Below are positions 47,601 through 56,899 of a DNA stretch of 64,000 nt, in pieces. The notes under the pieces are model-generated. The model was not told where the DNA came from. It was given only the letters and a program-made list of their open reading frames with translations, and did not search any database. Numbering within the stretch: the stretch's first letter is position 1; the number at the start of each line of letters is the position of its first letter. The stretch is from Candidatus Sericytochromatia bacterium. Its GTDB lineage: Bacteria > Cyanobacteriota > Sericytochromatia > UBA7694. The stretch lies in the NCBI GenBank assembly GCA_050248915.1, contig JBFWRL010000007.1:6084-70083 (forward strand), in the 5' to 3' direction. The position numbers and the translations under genes were made by a program.

Positions 47601-48190
47601 GCGGGGGAGATGCGTTCACTTTCCAAGCTTTGACGGACCTGGGGTGAGAGCGGATCTTGTTCTTTTGCTGCCGCAGCCTGAGACGCGGCACTGCGGGTCT
47701 CCAAACGACTCAAATCGCCATCTAAACGGGTGTAGAGCCGCTCCTCCTGCTGGAACACCGACAGCTCCAGGGCCAGCACTTCGCGCATGTTTGGAGACAG
47801 GCTTGGCTCTTTCAGGGCGGATTCAAAGCGCGAAATGCTCTGGCGCAAATTGCTCTGAAGGGTGTTTAACTCGCTGCGCAGGCTGTCTTGATCGGCTTTG
47901 GTCAAGGGCTGTTCGTTGCCGAGACGCTCCTGCAAACGGGCCACAAAGCCCAGAGAGGCCTGGGCCTGTTCCAGTTCGGGATTGCGGGCCTGGCTGGGCA
48001 CTTTGGGCTGATCGGTGCTGCCCGTTTTGGCGGCAGACGAAATCTGCAGCCGATCCAAAATCTGTATTTCTTTGCGTTCGACATTGCCATCACTCAAAAT
48101 TTGCTGCTTGGCCTCAGCCAGGGCGCGCCGGGCATTGGGAGCCGCTGTGGAAAAAGGTGAAAAGCTGCTGGGTTGAGAAGAGATTTGCAT
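44687..48190 (-). CDS. Giant hypothetical protein (1167 aa), Q/L/A-rich, no known domain
   Basis: Long uninterrupted ORF with coding-like composition. No signal peptide and no catalytic motif recognised. Confidence 0.5.
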   Translation of the reverse strand: MQISSQPSSFSPFSTAAPNARRALAEAKQQILSDGNVERKEIQILDRLQISSAAKTGSTDQPKVPSQARNPELEQAQASLGFVARLQERLGNEQPLTKADQDSLRSELNTLQSNLRQSISRFESALKEPSLSPNMREVLALELSVFQQEERLYTRLDGDLSRLETRSAASQAAAAKEQDPLSPQVRQSLESERISPALREKIQGLSALGRRTLNENPALLARFANASRQITAGLQGAGRTGSEKLGQELNRAFANFLESQNAQNLAVVAGATPSNPQIAAFLLQETGIAEISRVADLQRQIQPFKDASGLLFLGKVELDLGQDAQGKPLIVRGQDLNKDNYVQVLAQAAAELGVNPQTFASFLRQQLQANPEQSRFVLDTPEKKAAFVTAATEAALSPAQLSADFISTAGVAFANLKEGLETPQKIVGTEFLAGEGLAREDATPQKINESLKTLADPNASNFDKLSAAGTLVQAYKGFLERFDAVAEPDVKQKLLQGFLGPGKSAEDFVKGLDGIGALLGTPGNLRDISRNFQTLFQGADPIAFEIPAGSNALQLPAGKANLLSAGDTVRIGEKSFKVASVDSAQNTVILDPPSTLAKGVLRLELSFKDKALKGFEIVTKTADILEGAQNLAKASPLIAKAAEKAAKFVRDEAKLLKGAISTLVKDAKLAEQVGEFVNSLQKTFNALSPGVGDQFIAALNQRPELLKKLVGFGSSVGNVIGLDKLNKGLQELLPKIVALGPEKIAEAAQAASGPSQVALKAESRIPVLGFLANAGFLAKDIGTLISDLNAGKDDFTTFNDLVSVVSDVAAFSPATQSLSLVLDSYSIGIGIGTLLNEGTGLKEAIQERVKTGLGTNEGQLAADNFLNSLNQNGVIGQAEFLLRTGQSGTGRAIVQSQGEAGFKNLIAQALDTDLRTGRISQSEALLLRRNAYLPGPDGKVAPTLEQNQAIQIQIEQDLASGKITRAEALILTQALAQDPPTSLAGIPQTLGGRVHVGLEDVSFPPAPIPLILVDEEKAGPAPKPAREQETQPEISLPAGDLSLEIVLPAGPGPVIISPEALKTGRIEVSQPPSPTPEEPEISLQIPGKAAVSAPLFVGRDGIQIQVVTPRLNGFPVTRAEIDAEIQTLNTQALQEQNPVQRTLLQARLDRIRLFVNQGAPGSLRPLF

Positions 48191-48201
48191 GGGTTTTCTC
48201 C

Positions 48202-49719
48202 TTAAAACTGTGCTGAGGCCGAGGTAGTGGCCGAGGCTGGAAATGCCAGCGGGCGCCCCAGTTTGAGCAATTGCCCCATCTGGTTCAGGGCCTTTTCCCA
48301 GCTTTGCACCTCAAGCAACGCTGAATCCCAGTTATTTTCAATTTTTTCCAGGGCAGCCTGTCTGGACAGGGCACGGGTGCGGCGCTGGGCCAGAGCCAGG
48401 GCGGACCGCAGCGCCAAAAATGACTGACTCAGGCTCTGCAGGCTCTGCAAAAGCTGGGCCAAGCTCTCTCTCTCGGCACTTTCGGGCCAGCTCTCAGGCA
48501 GTTGAAAATCAGCCTGTTCGCGGGAACTCAAGGCGGGAGCTTCCTGCAGGGCCTGAAAATAGCCCAGGCGTTTTTCTACCAAAAGCAGGCCTGCCCGCAG
48601 GGGGGGCCATGCTGTACCGAGGGCTGTATTCTGCCTCAACTCGCTCAGACAGCGGTTTTTCAAGAGCAGGGCATCCCGGTGCAATTGGCGACACAGGGAT
48701 TCGTGGGTCACCCCGGCCAGATCAGCGTGGATCTCTATAAGGCGCTTGCACATCTGATCCAGGCTGCGCTGCAGGCGAACAGCGGCATCTAAGTGCAAGG
48801 CCTGGGCCTGGTCATTTTGCTGTCTGAACAGGCTCTGCAATTGGGCCTGCAGGGAGGCCTTTTCGGCATCTGAACAGCGCTGTAATTGGCTGCGTAGCGC
48901 AAAGATCCGGCTTTCCAATTGCTCTGGTTCCAGATCTTCAGGCAAATCCGGCAATTGCTGTGCCACACTTTTTGGCGCTGACACCGGCGTATCTGCAGGA
49001 TCTTCTGGGGGAGCGGTCTTTTCCCAGAGCTGCTGGACAACACGGGTCAGACTTTCTGCGAGGCTGAACAAAGCCGCTTTTTCCAAAGCAGGCAGGGGAT
49101 TGGGGGCGCGCAATTTCTCCAAAATTCGGGCCTCAGCGGCCAGAACAGCGGCCATCATGTCCATTTTATTCAGCCGCAGGCACTCCAATTTCTGGCTTTG
49201 GCGCTGCAGAAAAGGCCGCAAGAGGGCCATACCCTCCTGCTCTGAGAGAGCCGTTTTACCCGTATAAGGCAAGCTGAGTTGGGACTGCAACCCAAGCAGT
49301 TGGGTTTTAACCGCAGCCCAATGGCGAGAAGTATCTGAGACCGGTTCCTGTCCCAAGCGCTGCAAAAGCTGCTGCAAAAGATATTGAAAATCTTTGAGTT
49401 TTTCCAAGCGGTAACTGGCTTTTTTCTGACGCAGTTGCTCGGCCAAAACGGCAGAATCGGGAGCAACTTGTTTGACCTCGGAAGATGGAGATGCAGTGGA
49501 TTTTGTTTTCTCAAGCAATGGCGGCAAAGGAGCCAGCAGAACTTCACTTTCAGCCAAACCCTGCGCTTGGTTTTCCAAGCTGGGGGGCAAAAACAGGTTT
49601 TCTTCTTCTGGGCGCAAATCGCGGAGACGTGTTACCTTGCGCTGAAAACCCGCAGCGGCTTTGAGAGCTTCAAAATCCACCCCTGCAGGATGGCCTGCAG
49701 ACATTTTAAATAAACTCAT
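48202..49719 (-). CDS. Hypothetical coiled-coil protein (505 aa)
   Basis: Leu/Gln/Arg-rich heptad-like segments. 11-nt spacing to the downstream gene. Confidence 0.45.
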   Translation of the reverse strand: MSLFKMSAGHPAGVDFEALKAAAGFQRKVTRLRDLRPEEENLFLPPSLENQAQGLAESEVLLAPLPPLLEKTKSTASPSSEVKQVAPDSAVLAEQLRQKKASYRLEKLKDFQYLLQQLLQRLGQEPVSDTSRHWAAVKTQLLGLQSQLSLPYTGKTALSEQEGMALLRPFLQRQSQKLECLRLNKMDMMAAVLAAEARILEKLRAPNPLPALEKAALFSLAESLTRVVQQLWEKTAPPEDPADTPVSAPKSVAQQLPDLPEDLEPEQLESRIFALRSQLQRCSDAEKASLQAQLQSLFRQQNDQAQALHLDAAVRLQRSLDQMCKRLIEIHADLAGVTHESLCRQLHRDALLLKNRCLSELRQNTALGTAWPPLRAGLLLVEKRLGYFQALQEAPALSSREQADFQLPESWPESAERESLAQLLQSLQSLSQSFLALRSALALAQRRTRALSRQAALEKIENNWDSALLEVQSWEKALNQMGQLLKLGRPLAFPASATTSASAQF

Positions 49720-51536
49720 GCTTGGCCTCCGGCAAAACGCAAAGTATAAAAGGGCCAGTTTTGTCCGTCAGGCAAGGCAATGCTTTGTTCTGTCACCCCC
49801 GCGCGCACACGGTAGAGAAACCACTGTAAATCCGCATCGGCAAAGATTTCAGCTGAGATCACCACCTCCGCTTGAGCGGCCAATTCTAGCTGAAATTCAG
49901 CCATTTCCACGGCCAGCCCCTGGTAATTTAAGCTGGCAGAGTCTGCTTGGGTTTCACAGGGGCCCTCCGCCAAAGCCGCCCGAAAATACAGCGTTTGATC
50001 CGGCGGACGGCCACTGTTGAGCAGATTTAAATTCACATGCAGAGACCAGAGCGCCCGCAGACCGTCCAGCGGGTCTTGAAAAACCACCCTCGCGCCTGCT
50101 TGATCTTGGTTCAACACAACCCCTGCCCGGCTCTGCAGCAGTGGTGAGAGCAGTTCCTGCCGCTCGGCAGGGCTGTTTGCACCTTCCCAGCGCAGCTCCA
50201 AAAAACTGAGCCGGGACACAGGCAGCGCCTCTGCCGGGGCCTCACTGGCAAAAAGTTCACGAAATTCGGGCAGAGAACTCACCAAAGCACCAGAACAGAC
50301 CTGGGGGTCCCAGTCCTGTTTTTCAATCTGCAAAGTGCAAAAATAGGGACGGGAATTGTAAAGGGTCAAGCTGGCTCCTGGTGCCAATTCCAAGGGCTGG
50401 TCAGCCAGATTTTCCAGCGAAAGCTGGCCGGAGGCGGCCCCCTGTTCGGAGACCATCAACAGGCCTTCTTGCTGCAGGGACAGTGAGCGCAAAACATAAT
50501 TGCCCAGAGGCAATTGCAGTTCCCAGTCCCGTTTTTCTTCGGGCCAAAGGTTGAACTGTCCGGCCAGATGGGGTGTATTGGCCGGGCTGCCTGCACAAAA
50601 ATGGTCTTCTTGCAAAGCGCGAAGGGCCGTGTCTGGGAAAAAGCTCAGCTCCAGGTTCTGATCAAACCCCACCTGGTAGCCCGCCGCACAACTGGGGCAA
50701 TAGGCCTGGTGAGAGACCTCCTGTAGGTGCAGGTTGTTTTCCTTGGGGCCCTTGCAACCAGGACAGCGCAAGTCCCAGCGCAAATGCAAATCTCCCGCCC
50801 AGGTGACCCGCAGGCAAAAACGCAGGGTATCGAGGGGATTGAAGCCATAGAGACTGGCCAACTCAAAGGGGCGCAAGCGCCCAGCATAACGTTCTGGGGC
50901 CAAAAGTACGTAGCGGGCCAGTTGAGCGGGAATCGGGGATTGGGGTTGAAGTTCTTGCCAGCGCTCACTCAAATGGCTCAGGGCCGCTTGACTCTGGGGG
51001 CTGAGGACATTAAAAAAGACCTCCACCCCTTTTGCACCAGCCGTTAAAGCCTGATCCAGGTTTTGCCAGAACAGGGCCATTTTCTGTAAATTGTCTTTGA
51101 GGGCAGTGGCTATCAGCAGATCTGGCACAGCAGGCACATAGTCGATGCGCCCCGTGAGCAGACAGCCCTCGCCCTCGATAACAGTGTGGATAGAAAAGCG
51201 CAGATATTTGAACAGCCCTTGGCTGTAAATCCGCTCCACAGATAGAGCATGGCCTTCTTGCCATTCAAAGGGCAATTCCTGGTAGACCTGATTCAGGCCT
51301 GCGGCTTTGGTCTCGACCTCTAGCAAGCTGCCGCCCTGGCTCAGGGGAGAAAAGGCATTTTGGGTTGCACTCAAGCCTACTTTCTGATTGAGCAGGTCGG
51401 TATTGCAAATCAAGGGCCAGAGGGTGAGGGGACTGTTTTTGAGTTGCAGTGATTTTTCCTGCGTTTTGGCCTGATTGCGTAAAACTTCAATAGGTGTGAG
51501 CTTTTCCAAGATATTCAGACTGGCATTCATGCACAT
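49716..51536 (-). CDS. Hypothetical protein (606 aa) with a CxxC...CxxC cluster
   Basis: WDLRCPGCKG...AYCPSCAAGY zinc-ribbon-like cluster. 4-bp overlap with the downstream gene suggests translational coupling. Confidence 0.45.
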   Translation of the reverse strand: MCMNASLNILEKLTPIEVLRNQAKTQEKSLQLKNSPLTLWPLICNTDLLNQKVGLSATQNAFSPLSQGGSLLEVETKAAGLNQVYQELPFEWQEGHALSVERIYSQGLFKYLRFSIHTVIEGEGCLLTGRIDYVPAVPDLLIATALKDNLQKMALFWQNLDQALTAGAKGVEVFFNVLSPQSQAALSHLSERWQELQPQSPIPAQLARYVLLAPERYAGRLRPFELASLYGFNPLDTLRFCLRVTWAGDLHLRWDLRCPGCKGPKENNLHLQEVSHQAYCPSCAAGYQVGFDQNLELSFFPDTALRALQEDHFCAGSPANTPHLAGQFNLWPEEKRDWELQLPLGNYVLRSLSLQQEGLLMVSEQGAASGQLSLENLADQPLELAPGASLTLYNSRPYFCTLQIEKQDWDPQVCSGALVSSLPEFRELFASEAPAEALPVSRLSFLELRWEGANSPAERQELLSPLLQSRAGVVLNQDQAGARVVFQDPLDGLRALWSLHVNLNLLNSGRPPDQTLYFRAALAEGPCETQADSASLNYQGLAVEMAEFQLELAAQAEVVISAEIFADADLQWFLYRVRAGVTEQSIALPDGQNWPFYTLRFAGGQA

Positions 51537-51573
51537 CCATTACTCCGCTGCTTGTTTTCATCACTTTTGATGA

Positions 51574-52419
51574 TTATAAGTTAAAAAAAAGACTTTCACA
51601 AGCAGGCAAATAATGCCCCCCAATTGCCCCATTCAAGGTCACCAAAGCCTGGGGTGAAGCTTGGCAGCGCACGGCATAAGGCATGGTCGGGTGGGGCCGA
51701 AATACATAGACCTTGCCCCGCTCGCTCTCAGGCAAGGTGTGAAAGGGCTCGTTCTGGGCATGGTGCTGATGCTCAGCCCAGGCATCGACCAAAAAATGCA
51801 CCTCGCGCCCAGCCTGCACCGCCCGCTCGGCAAAGTCCAAGTCCTCGCCCCCCCAGCCCAGAAAATCTTCGTCGAAGCCGCCCAAACGGCGATAGGTTTC
51901 GCGGTAAATCGCAAAATTCCCGGCCCAGGCAAATTCATAAGCCGAGTGAAAGAGCTTGGGGTCGGGTAACAAACGGCCCTCTTGCCAGAGGTAGCGGGTG
52001 TCCCACCAATTGACAGGGGTCTCAGGAGCCCAGAGCGAAGGGGCCAAACGGGTTTTGTCGTAGCCGACATAGCCGTAGAGCAGGTCTTGTTGGCGAAAGC
52101 CCAAATAGGCGGCATAGGCCGACAGGCCTTCGGGATTGAGCAAGACATCGGCATCGAGAAAGACCAGAATCTCGCCCTGCGCGTTGGCGGCTCCGAGATT
52201 GCGCGAACGGCTCACACAGCGATCGTTTTCGCGCCAAAAATAGCGCAATGGGAGCGCAGGCACAAATTCCGCTGCGCAGGCCCGACCATTTTCGGAGCCA
52301 TCGTCGACCACCAGCACCTCAAACAGCACATGGCTTTGGGCCTGCAATTGGCGCAGACAGTGGGCCAAGGGGCCCTCGCGCCCCGGTGACATGCAGACCA
52401 CAACGCTGAGAAAAATCAC
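51574..52419 (-). CDS. Family 2 glycosyltransferase
   Basis: VVVCMSPGREG...VLVVDDGSENG...FLDADVLL (DxD) GT-A signature. Confidence 0.75.
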   Translation of the reverse strand: MIFLSVVVCMSPGREGPLAHCLRQLQAQSHVLFEVLVVDDGSENGRACAAEFVPALPLRYFWRENDRCVSRSRNLGAANAQGEILVFLDADVLLNPEGLSAYAAYLGFRQQDLLYGYVGYDKTRLAPSLWAPETPVNWWDTRYLWQEGRLLPDPKLFHSAYEFAWAGNFAIYRETYRRLGGFDEDFLGWGGEDLDFAERAVQAGREVHFLVDAWAEHQHHAQNEPFHTLPESERGKVYVFRPHPTMPYAVRCQASPQALVTLNGAIGGHYLPACESLFFNL

Positions 52420-52444
52420 GGCCGCACCCTGCCATTACCCGCCT

Positions 52445-52996
52445 TTAAGCCGGATTAAACAGCTTGAGCAGGGCAAAGATCAAAACACCTGTGACCGAGA
52501 CATAGAGCCAAATTGGATAGGTCCACTTGGCAATTTTGCGGTGAATTTCGCTTTTGCGGGTCAGGGCGAAATAAAAGGTCAGCAGCACCAGCGGCAGGGC
52601 CACGATGGAGAGGCCAATATGGCTAATCAAGGTAAAGAAATACACCGGGCGAATCAGGCCCAGGGCCAGAAATTTGGTATCGCCGTGCAGGCTGTGGTAG
52701 ACGATATAACTGATCAGAAAGAGGCTTGAAGAGGCAAAGGCCCCCAGCATCAAGCGCATATGCACCAGCGGTTGTTTGCGTTTGATCGCTACCAACCCCA
52801 ACAAGATCAAGGTTGCGCTGCTGCCATTTAAAAAGGCATTCAGCGCGGGCAAAGCACTCACCCAGCCACTCTGGCTGGGGGTATTCTGGCGGAAATAAAT
52901 CAGCCAAAACAAAAATAAAATGGCCAGCAAACTGACGCCCAGAATACCAGGCAGGGCCACTTTGCGGTCAAAACGAGAGTCCAAGGTTGTTTGCAT
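52445..52996 (-). CDS. DUF420-family membrane protein
   Basis: About 4 TM helices and an N-terminal motif set typical of DUF420. Confidence 0.6.
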   Translation of the reverse strand: MQTTLDSRFDRKVALPGILGVSLLAILFLFWLIYFRQNTPSQSGWVSALPALNAFLNGSSATLILLGLVAIKRKQPLVHMRLMLGAFASSSLFLISYIVYHSLHGDTKFLALGLIRPVYFFTLISHIGLSIVALPLVLLTFYFALTRKSEIHRKIAKWTYPIWLYVSVTGVLIFALLKLFNPA

Positions 52997-53037
52997 AAAA
53001 GTATCCTAGCAAAAGACAGGGGCTGGGGGAATCAGTA

Positions 53038-53781
53038 TCAGCGCGCAGGAGCTGTAACAGGGCCTGTAAACTGTTTTAAGACCCCAGTTGATCTAAATTT
53101 GAGCCATTGTCCGTAATAAAATGTCAATTCTTCGTAGAGCTTCACCATACCCACATCGGGGGCATACCAATAGTTGAGAAAGTCCTCTTTGCCATTGTCA
53201 TAGCGCAGGTGGTGTTCCATTTTTAGGGCCTGAAAGGTGCCAGCGGGCACCGTTACAGTTTCAAAACCCACCACACGGATGGTTTCAGAACCACCTTGAA
53301 AGAGACGGCCTTCCCAGGCTTTGCCACTTTCAAAGGGCAATTGCAGGGCAATGATAAAATTTTTGCCCCGCAGGACAGGCTCTTGCAGCGCAAAGCTCTC
53401 ACGCAGCACCTGTTCGTGGTAGCGTGAGAGTTCGACCCGATCAGCAAAGCGTTTGGCCAAGGTGGGGGTGGGTTTGATATCCGAATCGGGATACGAGCGG
53501 CGCAAAACCGCAGTTTGGGCCTCGCCTTCGGTGCCATTGGACTCCACACGCATGACCATGGTCTTAAATTTGGTATTGGGCTGGTCATTCTGACTCTGTT
53601 CCAGCAAATAGGTCCAGGAGCGGCCCATCTCCAGTGGATAATAGCGCTGCATTTGGGTGGCATTGACGGGTGCCTTTTGGGCCAAAAGGGGAGCGTTGGC
53701 ACTTTGGGGCGCACGCGCAGGCAAAACAGCAGATTGACAGGCACTCAAAAGCAAGAACAGGGCGAGGGGCAGCTTGCGCAT
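53038..53781 (-). CDS. Hypothetical lipoprotein
   Basis: Signal peptide and lipobox LLSAC. 247 aa. Confidence 0.5.
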   Translation of the reverse strand: MRKLPLALFLLLSACQSAVLPARAPQSANAPLLAQKAPVNATQMQRYYPLEMGRSWTYLLEQSQNDQPNTKFKTMVMRVESNGTEGEAQTAVLRRSYPDSDIKPTPTLAKRFADRVELSRYHEQVLRESFALQEPVLRGKNFIIALQLPFESGKAWEGRLFQGGSETIRVVGFETVTVPAGTFQALKMEHHLRYDNGKEDFLNYWYAPDVGMVKLYEELTFYYGQWLKFRSTGVLKQFTGPVTAPAR

Positions 53782-53993
53782 GGAAAAACCTCAAAATGAT
53801 TTCCACCCATTATACCACCTCCTTCGACTCCGCTCAGGCATCCACTTCGACTCCGCTCAATAGCCCTCTATTCGAGCATCTGCACACCCGATCGGTTCCT
53901 GAGCGGAGTCGAAGGACCGATCCCTTACAACCTGTTATATACTGTAAAAGTAAACTTCCCAATAACCAGCCAAAATTATTACCCGGAGGCCCT

Positions 53994-55139
53994 ATGACAA
54001 CCCCACTCACCACCCTTTCCGAAGACGAAACCCTGTTTAAACAGATGGTCAGCGAATTTGCCCAAGAAAAAATTAAACCCCTGCGTTCGCAAATGGACCA
54101 CGATGCCCAATTTGACAAAGGCCTGATCAAAGCCTTCTTTGACCTGGATATCATGGGCATCGAAATCCCCGAAGCCCATGGCGGCGTGGGTGCCAATTTC
54201 TTTATGTCGATTCTGGCCGTAGAAGCCCTGTCCGAAGTGGATGCCTCCGCGGGGGTCTTGGTCGATGTGCAAAATACCTTGGTCAACAACGCCCTGATCC
54301 GCTGGGGCAACGACGATCAAAAAGCGCGCTATTTGCCCAAAATGGCCAGTGAGTGGATTGGGGCGTATGCCCTTTCCGAAGCAGGCTCTGGCTCTGATGC
54401 CTTTGCGCTGCAAACCCAGGCCCAAGACCAAGGCGATCACTTTGTGCTCAATGGCAATAAACTCTGGATCACCAATGCCGGAGAGGCCAATTTGTTTATT
54501 ATTTTTGCCACCACCGACAAGGGCCTGGGCTATAAAGGCATCACTGCTTTTATTGTCGAGCGCGGCTTTGAGGGTTTTACCATCGGCAAAAAAGAAGACA
54601 AACTCGGCATTCGCGCCAGCAGCACTTGCGAATTGCAGCTCAATAATTGCCGTGTGCCCAAAGCCAACGTGCTCGGTGAAGTTGGCAAAGGCTATAAAGT
54701 GGCAATTGAAACCCTCAACGAAGGCCGAATTGGCATCGGTGCACAAATGATTGGCCTGGCCCAAGGCGCTTTAAATTGTGGCCTGCAATACATCAAAGAG
54801 CGGGAGCAATTTGGCAAATCGATTGCCTCATTCCAGGGTGTGCAGTTTCAGATCGCTGAACTGGCCACCCAGATCGAAGCGGCCCGTCTGCTGGTTTACA
54901 ATGCCGCCCGCTTAAAAGATGCAGGATTGCCCTTTTTGAAAGAGGCGGCCATGGCCAAACTCTTCTCTTCTCAAGTGGCTGAAAAAGTGGCATCTCAAGT
55001 GGTGGAACTGCACGGCGGCTATGGCTATACCAAAGAATACCCTGCTGAAAAATACTTCCGCGATTGCAAAATTGGCAAGATCTACGAAGGCACTTCCAAT
55101 ATGCAATTGCAGACCATCGCCAAGATTATCCTGGGTTAG
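53994..55139 (+). CDS. Acyl-CoA dehydrogenase (short/branched-chain type)
   Basis: Full ACAD collinearity (…YALSEAGSGSDAF…, …GGYGYTKEYPAEKYFRDCKIGKIYEGTSNMQ…). GGAGG RBS at 53986. The ORF track starts at 53670; the ATG at 53994 is the plausible start. Confidence 0.92.
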   Translation: MTTPLTTLSEDETLFKQMVSEFAQEKIKPLRSQMDHDAQFDKGLIKAFFDLDIMGIEIPEAHGGVGANFFMSILAVEALSEVDASAGVLVDVQNTLVNNALIRWGNDDQKARYLPKMASEWIGAYALSEAGSGSDAFALQTQAQDQGDHFVLNGNKLWITNAGEANLFIIFATTDKGLGYKGITAFIVERGFEGFTIGKKEDKLGIRASSTCELQLNNCRVPKANVLGEVGKGYKVAIETLNEGRIGIGAQMIGLAQGALNCGLQYIKEREQFGKSIASFQGVQFQIAELATQIEAARLLVYNAARLKDAGLPFLKEAAMAKLFSSQVAEKVASQVVELHGGYGYTKEYPAEKYFRDCKIGKIYEGTSNMQLQTIAKIILG

Positions 55140-55154
55140 ATCTGCAGCAAAACA

Positions 55155-55184
55155 AAAGCGCTCCGGAATTCTGGGGCGCTTTTA
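55155..55184. terminator. Bidirectional rho-independent terminator
   Basis: aaaagcgctccgg-aattc-tggggcgctttt hairpin with flanking A and T runs between convergent genes. Confidence 0.7.
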
Positions 55185-55649
55185 GTTGTTTGTCATAATG
55201 AGGGGAATGCCTTTGACACTGATGCGCGAAGCACTTTGATCATAGCCGTAAATGGCATAGGCGCCCAAGGCAAATTGTTCATAAGTTAAAAGCCCTTTGG
55301 TTTTGGGCTGAGATTCGTCATCAAAGGCATTGCCCTTGCCCTGCAGGCCAGTATAGGGATTCTGCAATTCTTTGAACAATTGGCTGTTCCGCATTTCTGG
55401 CTCAGCACTCAAAGCCGTAACATCAGCGGGATAAATCCCCCCATACAGCGCACTGTAAATTTCAACCATGGTTCTAAATGCCGACATATTGGCTTTGGTA
55501 CTGGCATCTTTGGCCCTGGACTGGGCCGCATTAAACTGGGGCAGCGCAATGGCCACCAAAATACCAATAATCACAATCACAACCATCAACTCTATCAAGG
55601 TGAACCCGCGTTGCTGGGTTCTGAGCTTCAGCTTCCATTCACGTAACAT
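55182..55649 (-). CDS. Prepilin-type N-terminal cleavage/methylation domain protein (type IV pilin / pseudopilin-like)
   Basis: QRG|FTLIELMVVIVIIGILVAIALP class III signal sequence. Start taken at the internal Met (MLREW). Confidence 0.75.
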   Translation of the reverse strand: MLREWKLKLRTQQRGFTLIELMVVIVIIGILVAIALPQFNAAQSRAKDASTKANMSAFRTMVEIYSALYGGIYPADVTALSAEPEMRNSQLFKELQNPYTGLQGKGNAFDDESQPKTKGLLTYEQFALGAYAIYGYDQSASRISVKGIPLIMTNN

Positions 55650-55795
55650 TAAAATACCCCTTATACCTGAAAAACACTGATTTTGCCGATCGTCAAAACT
55701 CAAATTTCAGAAAAAATCAAAATCTCAAAAAATGTCAATTAAATGATATTAAATTCTATTCCCAAAATCTAAAAATCACAAACCCCTGATAAAAA

Positions 55796-56800
55796 TCAAT
55801 CTTTAAAACGGTGGGTAAAAATACGCGCAAAATCTGTACGAAAGCGGGTAGCTGTCCAAATTGGGGGATTGGTGGCGAAAAGCGTCAAAAGTGCCTGGGT
55901 TGCATCCAACTTAAAAGCATCTGCCGAAAACCAACGAAAGCCGATTCCGATCGAATGGGTCAGATTCGAGACATGGTGCCACCACGAAGGGGGATTAAAC
56001 AAAATATCCCCCGGCTGGAGAATACACTCATAGCGGTCGAGGTATTGCATCGCGGGATAAGTCTCAAAATCAGGGGCCTCGGGATTAAACTCACTGTGAA
56101 AATAGGGCGTACCTGTGACCGGTGGCGTCAGCACACAATCATATCCGGGAGGGTAGAGAATCCAGTGTTTTTCGCCATAAACTTGCACAAAAAGATTGTG
56201 TTCGCTCGCGCTGTGCAAATGGGTTTTGCTGCCCTTGCCACCAATAAACACCTGAAACGTGCGGCCAGAACAAAAAGTATTGCGGTGGCTCAAAAGCCAA
56301 TTCAGATCCAAATCCGATTGCAGTTCGGGATGGGTATGCAAAATCCGATTGAAGCGGCTGTATTTTTTGAGCGCATCGCTGTCCATGTGGGCAATGACAT
56401 CAGCCAAAGTGGTCACTTCGGGCTTGCGACTGATCTCCTGTAAATTGGCGGGCGAGGCGTCAATCAACATAATTTGATCTTGCCCATATTGTTCAGCTAA
56501 AAATTCAGGGCTCCATTTTCCCACCGCAGGCCAATCTTTGGCTGCCCCTTGCAAGACAACCGGAATGCCTTTGCCCAAATAGACCCGCTTATACTCTGCC
56601 AAGGAGAGATGTTTCCGGCGTTCAACCGGCAGAACGCGCCCAGGAGAGCGTTTGATCTGCTGCAAAATACGTGTATCTATCTGCTTGCGCTGCTCTGTGG
56701 ACCAGGTTTTAATTTTCTGACCGAGTGCATGCTCCAAAAGCCAGAGTCGCCCATATTCCTGACGATCTTTTTCAGTTCCAGGCAGTGTGGGCAATTCCAT
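55796..56800 (-). CDS. JmjC/cupin-8 domain protein (putative 2OG-dependent oxygenase)
   Basis: Cupin core with THLHSASEH (HxD/E-like) and WWHHV distal His region, as in JmjC-domain hydroxylases. Confidence 0.6.
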   Translation of the reverse strand: MELPTLPGTEKDRQEYGRLWLLEHALGQKIKTWSTEQRKQIDTRILQQIKRSPGRVLPVERRKHLSLAEYKRVYLGKGIPVVLQGAAKDWPAVGKWSPEFLAEQYGQDQIMLIDASPANLQEISRKPEVTTLADVIAHMDSDALKKYSRFNRILHTHPELQSDLDLNWLLSHRNTFCSGRTFQVFIGGKGSKTHLHSASEHNLFVQVYGEKHWILYPPGYDCVLTPPVTGTPYFHSEFNPEAPDFETYPAMQYLDRYECILQPGDILFNPPSWWHHVSNLTHSIGIGFRWFSADAFKLDATQALLTLFATNPPIWTATRFRTDFARIFTHRFKD

Positions 56801-56899
56801 AATTATTATCCTTTGGCACAGACTGCATGTATTTTAGAGTCTTGGCTTGACGCTGTATAGCAGAATCTGAAAAACAAAATTTAAGTTATCTCCTGAAGA

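Noticed and set aside
53670-53993. 324-nt N-terminal extension of the acyl-CoA dehydrogenase ORF
   Set aside because: It overlaps the convergent lipoprotein gene. ACAD homology and a GGAGG RBS begin at 53994.
56814-56828. TGGCAC-N4-TGCAT sigma-54-like -24/-12 element upstream of fliK
   Set aside because: GG-to-GC spacing is 2 nt short of the obligatory 10-nt spacer. The sigma-28-like match nearby is better.
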